NCBI RefSeq assembly: GCF_004010195.1
Contig: NC_057719.1
Span: 74,180,834 to 74,225,418 of the forward strand
Reading direction: 5' to 3'
DNA: 44,585 nt
Source of the DNA: Chiloscyllium plagiosum
Taxonomy: Eukaryota
How positions within the stretch are numbered: position 1 is the first letter of the stretch; each line of letters opens with the position of its first letter. The notes beneath the pieces are model-generated. The model saw nothing but the letters and a program-made list of their open reading frames with translations, was not told the DNA's origin and searched no databases. A program made the translations under genes and the position numbers. This document shows positions 1-11,300 of the stretch, piece by piece.

Positions 1-341
1 TCCACCCTTCAGGCACTCTGCCTGTATTCCTGATGAAGGACTTTTGCCCGAAACGTCTATTTTACTGCTCCTCGGATGCTACCTGAACAGCTGTGCTTTT
101 CCAGCACCACTAATCCAGAATATGGACTCTTTCATATTGACTTAGCTAAGGGAGGGAAAGGGTTGTGTTATCTCTCCACCCTTCAGGCACTCTGCCTGTA
201 TTCCTGATGAAGGACTTTTGCCCGAAACGTCTATTTTACTGCTCCTCGGATGCTACCTGAACAGCTGTGCTTTTCCAGCACCACTAATCCAGAATATGGA
301 CTCTTTCATATTGACTTAGCTAAGGGAGGGAAAGGGTTGTG
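1..341 (+). repeat. Perfect 174-bp-period tandem duplication of a Penelope terminal-repeat fragment plus flank
   Basis: 1-167 is identical to 175-341; each unit has a hammerhead-like motif (30-57, 204-231) and matches the 3' end of the Penelope element at 28768-28892. Confidence 0.9.
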
Positions 342-376
342 GTGGTGTGTTAATCTAGTCTGTCATTCCTTTTCCA

Positions 377-476
377 TGACCTGGAGGAGCCCCTGTTGGA
401 CTGGGGTGTACAAAGTTAAAAATCACACAACAACAGGTTTAATTGGAAGCACTAGCTTTCAGAGTGCCACTCCTTC
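377..476 (-). mobile_element. Penelope-like terminal-repeat fragment (GAAAGCTAG family)
   Basis: Matches the arms at 31740-31950; 11-bp direct repeat ttccttttcca at 366-376 and 474-484; truncated at the hammerhead core. Confidence 0.75.
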
Positions 477-1650
477 CTTTTCCAGACAATTTCCAGGTCT
501 AACATTTCTTCTTAAGTGATCCTCTGAGAGTCTTTGCGTTTAAAATCCCATTTTGTTAAAAGTAAAAATCTTAAGAAAATTAATCCTTAAAAGAAATAAT
601 CAACCTGTATTATGTTTGTCTTTTTGATATTTGGTAAGTGACCCAAAATTACTTACAGGAAATGAAACCAGCCTCAGCAGTTTTCTTCATTGAGGACATT
701 GTAGCGTGTTGGAAAATTATCTATTCCAAATTGGATTCCGAATGATCAAATAAGTACAGATCCAGGCTTATTACTAAAAACAAAGTGCCATATTTCACTC
801 TCAAACTAACAGTGAGGTGAAGGGCGTGCACTTATTTATACCTAAATGTGAAAATTTGGAAGTTGCCATCTGAATGTTTTACTCCTCCATGAGTTGTGCA
901 ACATAACAGCTCCCCTTCCACATGGACTGAGTAAACATGAAGATCATGTGCTATTGACTGTGCTGAACAATTTTAAGGTTTGTCCATTTCAACATAAATT
1001 TTGCAATAAGCCTTCATTAATACCAAACCAAATCTCTGCTATTGAAAATTGACATTCATAGTGGAGACTTCATTCATTCAGGTTTAAGTGATCAGCTTCT
1101 TTATCTTTTCGAAGAAAAAAAATCCTATTTTTGTTGTAGTTCTTTTCTTCCACACACTCTCTATCAGATCTTTCTTCCACTCGCTGTTTTAATTTCTGTC
1201 CCTAATTTGGCATTAGGTTCACTGTTCAATTTGCACTTCATGAGTCCAACCCTGAGCTGTTTGTAAACAAAATTTGAATCTGGTTAGTCAAAGAGACACT
1301 CCTGTTCAGGCAGGTTTTAAGTGCTCTGGATCCCCTACAACACTGAAATCTTCAGTGCAAGATGTCAATGACCTGCCCTTGGCCAACCAATATTTAAGGG
1401 AGCGGTGCTATATTCTCACCAGCTTCAGTCCAAGTGTTTTCAATTCAGCTGTCGGGTATTTGATCAACATTCTCTGAAATTTCTTCTGCAAAGTTGTGAT
1501 AAGTGGAAATCCTGCTGATTATTAACCGAGAGAAAAGGGCCTGTTTCCACACTAAGTAATCTAATCTAATCAAAATGTAATTCCATTCTTGATTCTGGAC
1601 TTTTTCCTGCAGAAGTGAACCAGAATGATAGTGCAGTTCAATACCTTAGT

Positions 1651-1967
1651 GGGCGGCACGGTGGCACAGTGGTTAGCACTGCTGCCTCACAGCGCCAGAG
1701 ACCCGGGTTCAATACCCGCCTCAGGCGACTGACTGTGTGGAGTTTGCACGTTCTCCCCGTGTCTGCGTGGGTTTCCTCCGGGTGCTCCGGTTTCCTCCCA
1801 CAGTCCAAAGATGTGCAGGTCAGGTGAATTGGCCATGCTAAATTGCCCGTAGTGTTAGGTAAGGGGTAAATGTAAATGTAAATGTAGGGGTATGGGTGGA
1901 TTGCGCTTCGGCAGGGCGGTGTGGACTTGTTGGGCCGAAGGGCCTGTTTCCACATTGTAAGTAATCT
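1651..1967 (+). mobile_element. HE1-type V-SINE (tRNA-derived), near full length
   Basis: A box TGGCACAGTGG (1662), B box GTTCAATAC (1707), V-domain GTGTGGAGTTTGCACGTTCTCCCCGTGTCTGCGTGGGTTTCCTCC, CR1-like tail ggccgaagggcctgtttccac. Confidence 0.9.
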
Positions 1968-4299
1968 TTCCATAATATTAAATACATGCTGCATGTTTGA
2001 GTATGATATGCAGTGAATGTTAATAGAACTACACATCTATGTTCCCTTGGAGCAACTTACAAATATTCCTAAAAACGCACAACATTCATCTGAATAAACA
2101 AATGCTTTTCATCTGTGCTCAGAGCTCAGCAGTGTGAATTCTATGAGGACCTAAACTGTCTGTGCTTGTTTCTCGTTTTCATAGGCAAATCCCCTTGGCA
2201 ACATAATTGAGAGACCTAAGTATTAGCTTTCCAGGTCTGGTCGTTGTAACCTTAAGCAGGCGTCATGCCATTTTATTTGTGGCAGCTTGTCAGTCAGACT
2301 GCAGGCACGTGCCAAAGCTCTGGCATCACATTGCCTGACAGCATGTAGCCTGTGGCATCAGTCTGCCAAATTTTAACAGGCACCTTACCACAATTAAAGC
2401 AGGCTTCTTGCCAATCTTTCTTCTGGCATTGAGACTTCGTACTGGTGTGTGAGTAAAATTTGCCCTGTGGGAATAAGAAAAGGTGGTAGTTACACATTCT
2501 GTGTGTTGAACCTGAAGAAGGAACTAAATGTTTTATCAATTGATGCTATCATCCATACCACACTAAATAGGAAAATACTAAAGCAGGTAGCCATTGTCGA
2601 CAAACCCTGATCCACAGGAAAATGTGCTAGTAACTCTTGGGGCTTGAACATCCTTTAATGCGCATCTTGGTGCCATGTAGTCAAACATTTTGTATGTTTT
2701 ATTCCATTTCTAATTCTGGGTGCACCATTTCCCCACACTGTTGGCACTGCCACAAAAAATGCATGCCGCTATTCTTCCGTGGTATGCTCAAGTGAAGGAA
2801 ACCTCATTTAAGAGTTACTGTGAGAACAAGTTCCCACATTTTATCATTCTTTTCTCACTTGCTGTCTTGAAATGTCCTTATCTCATTCCCATTCTCCATT
2901 TTCTTGTTTCCCACTTTCTGCCTCTCCCACCTCCATTGTCCTCATGTTTTTCATTCAGCATTCTTGCCATTACTATCTTGTTGTGATTTGTTTCTTTGTT
3001 GAGTGAATGCTGTTGACTTGAACATGTGGCTCATCATCCTCAGCTTCATTATTGTGTGTATATTGCATGTCAACTGTAATCATATTCATAGAATGGCGTA
3101 CCTTGCCTCATTGTTTATAGTGTTTATGTTGCAATATAGATCAAAAACCATAAATTTATACAGATTGCAGCCTCATCTGAATTTGAAGGTGCTTAATTTC
3201 AATGAAGTATTCTAAACACCTTGATATACTTCATTCACTTTAAGCAAAGTCAGTTTTCATTTGCAAAAATAGAAACCATATTGAATCTTTATTTTAGTAA
3301 ATCTCTTGTACAAGAAATGATGGCTGTGATATCATATACATTTAAAGTTACTCCGTATAGTTATATAAGTCAAGTAACCTTCGTCATTAGCATGGAAGAT
3401 ACCTGTAATCAGTCAGGCATTTTTGCTGCAATCTGCAGAATGTTATTGAGTTATGCAAATGTACAACAATGTATAAGAGAAAATCAAGGAAAAATCGTAA
3501 CTGAAATAAACATTGTTCAAGCTGACTTTTTGTCTGTCTCTGTGTCTATGTGTTTGTTTTTGTTGTTCTGTCTTTTATGTTATCAGAGTGACAAGGGTGT
3601 GCAGTGCTGCATGTTTTGGAATAAGGTGGTATTTTGTGCATATGTGTATATTTATAAAGAGTAGATTGTTATGTATGTTTATATTTTAATCTGGTATGTA
3701 ACATATATGTACACGTGTCTGTGTGTTTTAATCAAGATGTGAGGGATAGGAGCCATTCATCTCATTGAAATGATGGATAACAAAAATGTCACTCAACAAA
3801 TTGTTCAATAATAATTCAAAATTTAAGCAAACCCTGTAACCTGTTTCTCACTAATTCCAGTTACCTATTTCACTGTTATAAGAAGTTTTAAAATACCATG
3901 CAATGATTCTTCTATGTAACAGAATAAAGTTACATTGTCTTTTGTTTGTAACTTTACAAGGATCTGCACTCATCTTTAGGTTTATACAATTTATTATGAG
4001 CCATTCATCGTAAATTTTTCCTCCTTTGGTTTCTTATACCTAACTTGACCCCTCAGTACATGCTACTGAAGAGACGAGCATCCTGTTCCCAGATCTGTGG
4101 TGATCACTTCATAATGTACTGGCGTGCCTCACCCCCTTTTTGTCCTCTTCCAGCACAAACAGCGGTCATCTTTCCTTTAACACATTCATATGTTACCCAT
4201 GCAGATCAGCAAATCATAACAACAGAAAATCATAGCTGTAAATGTATGTGCCAGCACGCTTTACGACAGTATATGTGTACAGTGTTAACATTGCAGCAC

Positions 4300-4610
4300 T
4301 TATGGCACAATGGGTAGCATTTTTGCCTCTGAACCAGAAGCTTTCCCAGTTCAAGACTTGAAGGCCAAGAAAATGCTTTCATAATATGACCAAACAGTAT
4401 GAATATCAACCATGAAAGTCTTCCCAATGCACAACTGTAGCACATAGTTAGAGCAAGAGATATTCCTTGCCAGCCATATGATAGAAAGAAAATTGGAGCC
4501 TTTACTCTCATGGCCTGTAGCTTTGAACTACAATTTGATCTATAATGGCAAACTCAAACTCTGAGTGATATCTAACACACCACCATTACGGTGGCAATGG
4601 CTAGAGAGAA
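4300..4610 (+). mobile_element. Degenerate tRNA-derived SINE-like sequence
   Basis: tggcacaatgggtagca...gcctctgaaccagaag...agttcaag resembles a pol III A/B-box head; family and 3' end uncertain. Confidence 0.35.
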
Positions 4611-5107
4611 AACAAATACTTATATTTAATCAAAAATAGAATATAGTAGGAGAGCACACAAAGAGTCTCTGGGTCCTACGTTTTTGCATAAGTTTTGGAT
4701 TGAATCTTTCAGTCGATAAGAAAGATCTTATATGAAAAGTTTAACCAGTTTATAGTGAATATAGAAATCTATGCTGGTTATAGACAATGTTAAACAGGAG
4801 AATGAGTTCTGAAATTGGAGCCAATATAAATAGACCAAGTAAAGTTGTTATATTCTGCATCCAGTTATTGTTGTAATTAACTTGGATATATAAATGACAC
4901 TGGTGATGAACTCAAGAACTCAAATCCCTCATGTAAATAACTGACCTTTACAGGTACTGGAAAAGTAGATTTAGAAAAAGATGAACCTCGATTTAGAATC
5001 TAAATAAAGGAGCATTAACACAACTTGAGTTCGTGTCAACCTTGCTGAATTTTATATTTGTGTATGATTAGATTTTACTACATTACCACACTTCGTTACT
5101 TTTACAG

Positions 5108-5326
5108 AGCCTGACATACATCTTAGCACAACTACTCCTCTGCCTGTAACCAGCTTCTGTCTGACTGCTAATGGCCGTCGCTATGAGGAAGGAGAAGGTT
5201 GGCATGATGGTTGCAGGGACTGTTACTGTTATGGAGGAAAGGAAATGTGTGTGCTCATTACATGCCCTGTTCCGAACTGCCTCAGCCCATTGGTCAGAGC
5301 TGGGCACTGCTGCCCTACCTGTCAAG
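5108..5326 (+). CDS. CRIM1: CRIM1-like exon, VWFC domain (equivalent to CRIM1 VWFC3)
   Basis: tttacag|AG ... CAAG|gtgag; 219 nt; (E)PDIHLSTTTPLPVTSFCLTANGRRYEEGEGWHDGCRDCYCYGGKEMCVLITCPVPNCLSPLVRAGHCCPTCQ; 10-Cys VWFC pattern. Confidence 0.93.
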
Positions 5327-8300
5327 GTGAGTTATTGCTTCATAGGACTTGATGAATTAACAGTCATTAATTCCTATTGTGAGTGTTCCAGTGAGTGGTG
5401 TGACCTTTCGAAGATTTAACGTTAAGTGCACGCTGTTGTTCTTTAAAACATAAATACGTATTACATTTTAAGGGGCTGAATTCTGAATGGAGTAAGAAAG
5501 TTATTTTGACAAGAGAGTCGACTAATGGTTTACTCACCCCCTCCAGCACTTCGGGTAGCTCAAGCTAATTGTCATCCTGTTTATAATAGATTATCCTCAA
5601 TCTATGTCAATTATGTTTTTTGTGAAAATGATGATTAGTAACAACCATTGAGTTCTTCTCTCTGTATGCCTCTGCTTTGAGATTAATTTCTGACCTGTTG
5701 CAATGTGCTCAGAACATCCAAAATAGCTCCTGCACCTGTAGCTGCACAGTCATGTGCAGAATGCCCCAAACATCCTTCCATAGCTGCATATATCCATAAT
5801 TTTCATGTTCCCGACATATTGCTCTTCAGTGTAAGAGCATCTTCCAAATGCACAGTGACACTTTTCCCTTAAACTAGCTAACACAAAGAACTCCACTACC
5901 AGAGTATTTACTTAGTCCTGCTCACTAATTGGATTAATACTCTTTACATGATTGTCTCTGATTTTCAACAACGTTGAGTTCAAAATAATCATTGCCATTG
6001 AAAATCTCCTGTGGCCTTGATATCTCCCCTTTGTAACCTCTCCCAGCCTCACGGTCCAGCTCTCACTCTGATCTTCCAAACCTGTTTTCCTACTATATAT
6101 TCTCTGTTTTCCCAATCATCACATTCATCTCAGTAGCCCCTGTACCTGTTCTGCTTTATCATACCACTCTGCCTTGGTTGCATCTTTTCTTGTCTTGAGA
6201 AGATACTGAAAATCTAGGTCCTTAACTGTGGCTTCAATCAAATTTTCTGACCCTTCCCTGATTTATTTGGATCTTTAACTGCCGCATTGTGTGACGGGTC
6301 TTGAAACACGAGAGAGAAATTTAATTTATATAGCGGTTTTCATAAGCTCCTGTGATCACAAAGTTATGGTTCTAATGTGGATAATGTAGCAGAAGTAAGC
6401 TTTCATCAACAGAAATGTTATAATAACCAGATAATGACACAACTGTGTGATAAATATTGGCCAGGTCACTGGAGAAAACACTATTGATTTCTTCTTCTTT
6501 AAATGGTGTAGTGAGTTTTTTTTAATGTTGCCTGAAGGAGTAGAGCAAACCACAATATAATGACTTGTCCATAAGGCGGTGGCTTTGACAGTTCCTGACG
6601 GCTACACTCCAGTGTCAGCCTCAATTTGTGCTCAACTGCCTGGAGTGGAACTTGAACCCCTGGCCTCCTTACTCAGGGGCAAGAGTGCAATCATCGAGTT
6701 GCAGCTGACATCACCAAAGGTGGTGCGCAGGTTGTGATGTTTTGCAGCAGGTTCTCCACAAACGTAACTTTTTAATTTATTTTCACAGATGAGGCAGGCA
6801 GTGGGCAGCCTGATACCTTTGACCTCAGTGTATGTCAAGCCCCAGGAGGTGAATACTATTTGGAGGGTGAAACCTGGAACCTTGACACTTGCACGCAATG
6901 TACGTGCCACAGTGGGCGTGTGCTCTGTGACACTGAGGTGTGCCCACCTCTCCTCTGCCAAGCACCAATCAAGGAATCAGGGGCTTGCTGTCTGACATGT
7001 CCAGGTACGTGACCACGGAGAGAAGAGGGGTTTAGGATGTAAATATTGCTTCAATCATTGGGGTGATCTTATCAGCAAATAACCTATGTTCTCTTTCTTT
7101 ATCCTCTGTGCGTGGCAACAACTTCTGAAGCCGGAAATCAATGCTGGGACCAGCTTTGGCGCTCTGGCATGACAGATCTTTGGAGCAATCGCACTGCCAC
7201 ATAGCTTAGAGTGAATATTGGAAATAATTATGACTGAAGCAGTGCCTTTCTGCATGAATCCCTGTGCACATGAGCTAATCTATTATGTGTTTTACTTTTA
7301 TTTGTGCATTTGAATCTCTTCACTGTTAACATTTGGTTCACCATTGTAATTTTTTTAAATTCATTCATGAGATGTGGGCGCCACTGGCTGGGCCAAGATT
7401 TATTGTCTGCCCATCGTTGTCCTGGGAGGTCAGGAGAAGTGGGAAACTTCACAACTTTTAAAAAAGCACTAGAAATGTCATAATATTCAAGGCTAAGGAC
7501 TGAGTGCTGGAAAGTAGGATTAGTGTAGCTAAGCTGGCACAGACGTGACAGGCCGAAGGGCCTGTTTAGTGCTGTATGACTTTATGGTGGTGGTGTGCTG
7601 GCTTCTTCAACCACTGCAGTCTGATTGCTGTAGGAAGACCCGCCGTGCCATTTAATTGCGTAATCTAGAAGTGTAGATGGACTGCAGGGAGAGAACGTGC
7701 AGAACTTCATTGTGCGTTTAATTGTGAAACCACAGTGACTCATCAAGGCAAAATAGCCACAAAGAATGATATATTTATAATACCATCTATGTAACCATTT
7801 TGCCTCAAGTAAGTCTATTTTAAAGTGCATGAAACAAACATTGTGATGCTACTATTTTGGAGGGAGCAAAGACTTTCTGGGCAGCTCAGTCGTTAGCACT
7901 GCTGCCTCACAGCGCCAGAGACCCAGGTTCGATTCCAGCCTCAGGCGACAGTGTGGAGTTTGCACATTCTCCCCATGTCCACGTGCGTTTCCTCTGGGTG
8001 CTGCGGTTTCCTCCCACAGTCCAAATTTAGGTGGATTGCCCATACCTAATTGTGCATTGAGTCTAGGTTAGATAGATTGGCTGTGGGAAATGTGGGGTTA
8101 CGAGGGTCGGTGAGGACTTGGTGGGCTGAATGGCCTCCTTCCAAACTGTATGAATGCTATGATTCTGGAAGAGTTTGTTACTGAGCAACAGTGTTTCCCT
8201 CGGCACATTGTGCCTCTTAGGAAGTTCATGGCAGCTATTTCAAATCATGCTGTTTTGTTACTTCTGTGAAGCTTTTTGAGAAATCATGCTGTTGGTAAAA

Positions 8301-11300
8301 TTATCTTGAGCTTTTCTATATTCTACACTATTTTTGGAATTAATTTTAAAAGTACTTGAATGCCTGAATTATTTTAACGCTAATTCTGACCCCGTGAGTT
8401 AGGAACATAGAAATAGGAATAGGCCATTTAGGGTTTTGTATAGCTGCAGCATAATTTCTGCAGCATTATTGTACTCCTGTCTCCTAGACATAATGGCAGG
8501 CATCCTATTCGCCTTGATTTTTTTATACCTGTTCATACAATTTTAAAGATCTGAGCAGCTCAAACCGCACCCCCCCCCCACCAAGTCTTTTTGGAAATCC
8601 ATCATACTTAACTTCTTGCCATCTAGAAAATTCCCTAATTTATCATTGCTACTCCTGCAAAGGGAGCCAATGTCCTCCTTTTCCAGCTGTTTTTACTCCC
8701 TGATAGGCACACACTCTATATTTATTCAGTGCCCTCCAACGTGATCACATGTCCCAGGTTACTTCTCAGGAAGACTGAGTTACATTCGAGCATAGTGTGC
8801 CCGATGAACAACTGCTTGAATAATGCAGTAGGTTTTAAAATCTTTCTTAAAGGTGAAAAATGAGGCAGAGAGGTGTGGGGTGGGACTTCCAGAGCCAAGA
8901 GCTGAGGCAAGTGCTGACGCAGCCACCGATGGCAGAGCATTTAAAATTGGGTTTGTGTAAGAGATCAAAATTAGAGAAGTGCAACTATCTCAGAGTTGTA
9001 GGTATTCAGCCTTTCAAGCCTGCTCCGCCATTCATCATGGTCAAGGCTGATCGTCCAACTCAATAACTTCATCCTGCTTTCTCCCATAACCTTTGATCCA
9101 ATTCTCCACAAGTTCTATATCTAACCACCTCTTGAATACATTGTGTTTTGGCACCAACTGCTTCCTGTGGTAATGAATTCCACAGGCTCACCACACTTTG
9201 GGTGAAGACATGTCTCCTCATCTCTGTCCTAAGTGATCTACCCCAAATCCTCAGATTGTGACCTCTGGTTCTGGATGGACCCACCATTGGGAACAGCCTC
9301 CCTGCATCTACCCTGTCCAGTCCTGGTAGAATTTTCTAAGTCTCTGAGATTCCAACCCCCTCGTCTGAACTCCAGTGAAAGCAATCCTAACCTAGTCAAT
9401 CTTCCCTCCTACATCAGTCCTGCCATCCCCGGAATCAGCCTGGTAGACCTTCACTGCACTCCCTCGAGAGCAAGAGCAACCTTCCTCAGAAAAGGAGACC
9501 AGAACTGCACACAATACTCTAGGTGTGACATCACCAACACTCTGTATAACTGCAACAACACATCCCTGCTCCTGTACTCAACCTGTCACAATGAAGGCCA
9601 ACATACCATTTGCCTTCATTACTGCCTGCTGCACCTGCATGCTTACCTACATGCTTACCTTCAGCGACTGGTCCACAAGGACACCTAGGTCTCGCTGCCC
9701 ACTCCTCTATCCCAATTTACAGCCATTCAGGTTGTAATCTGCCGCCTTGTTTTTGCTTCCAAAGTGAATAACTTCGCATTTATCCAAATTAACCTGCATT
9801 TGCCCACTCACCCAATCTCTGCATCCTCATCACATCCTCCCACCCAATGTGCTATCATCTGCAAACTTTGAGATGTTACATTTTGTTCCCTCATCCAAAT
9901 CATTAATATGTGTTGTAAAAAGCTAGATCCTAGCACCGATCCCTTTGGGACCCCACTAGTTACTGGCTGCAAATTGAAAAAGACCCATTAATTGCTACAC
10001 TTTGTTTTCTCTCTGCCAACCAGTTTTCTATCCTTCTCAAAACATGTCCCCAATCTCATGTGCTTCAACCTTGCACAACAATCTCTTACTTGGCACTTTG
10101 TCAAATGCTTTCTGAAAGTCCAAATATACCACATCAACTAGCTCCCCCTTGTCAACTCTACTAGTTTCATCTTCATAGAATTCCAACAGATTTGTCAAGC
10201 ATGATTAGCATTTGACAGCAACTGTAAAAACATCTTTTATATTTCTGAATACCGCAGCTGACTGCTGCAAAAAGGGACACAGCTTGCTTCAACAGAGCTG
10301 TCAGAATGGAAGTACGGCTCTGCATTTCTGAGCGAGCCTAAAACTGAATCTTTTCTCTGAAATGTGGAGCTCCTTTCTGTCACCAACAAAAAAGGATTGG
10401 CATAAGATTGCCATCCCTCAGAAAATCAATCGCTAAATAATAGCCTTAAAATAAATTCCTGCGTATATTTCCAAGAAATGTGTAAAATAAATTACTTGCT
10501 GAGAAATGTGCATAACAATGTTCATCTTATAAGGGATGCATATATTATTTTCCTGAAATAAATGTAAATGTCCCTCAAAACTTGGAACGACAGTGTGGTT
10601 GAAATGCAGCTACATTGAACACTTAAAGGGAAATATAATTTGAAAAATTACAGGTTTAGTGCAGCAAACAGACATACCACCTTGCTTATGCTGGTTACAT
10701 GTTGAATTTATGAAGAGAATGATTCACTTCAAATTGGACATTAGAGCAACTTCTTTCATTGAATAATTTCATTGGTTATTAAGTTTGACAACAATATTTT
10801 CTGCGTTTATACGGGTTCTGTTTGTGTTTCTGCATCCCTTCAGAACGAATTCCCCCATTCAGCAACTCACCCTTTGATGTTATTATCATTAATATTTGGT
10901 GAAATTTATGTACCACTTTCATCCGATTATTTTGTCAGCCTGTTCAGTACATGTCACCCTCTCTGTTTTATCTGTAAGATGTTCTTAGTGCCTGAGCCTA
11001 ATTTATATTTCTTCACATTTCCATGATAGAAGATCAGTTGAAAGCACTATTGCCTATCAACAGCAGCGAGTCTGGATATTGCATGTCTAATGATGGTGAT
11101 ATCCTGTTAGTTGGAGAGTCTTGGAAGCCCAATGCCTGCACGAGCTGCATATGTGGTGATGGTGCCATTCAATGTTTCTCTCAGACATGTACAGCTGCAT
11201 TATGCAGGCTGCCAGTTCTACGAAAAGGACAATGTTGCCCATATTGTCTGGGTAAGAAAATAATTGTTTCTATACCATGAAAAGTTACTTCTCAAATCAG

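Noticed and set aside
1651..1725. tRNA gene
   Set aside because: A and B boxes belong to the SINE head and continue directly into the V-domain.
2440..2510. CVSKICPVG peptide resembling the CRIM1 antistasin exon (SKICPLG)
   Set aside because: Lacks the remaining Cys spacing and suitable splice sites; the match overlaps a gtaaaatttgccc repeat-terminus-like motif. Antistasin exons are probably upstream of the window.
3221..3664. 147-aa ORF and other short ORFs in the track
   Set aside because: No recognisable domains; they lie in AT-rich intron, SINEs or antisense to LINEs or exons.
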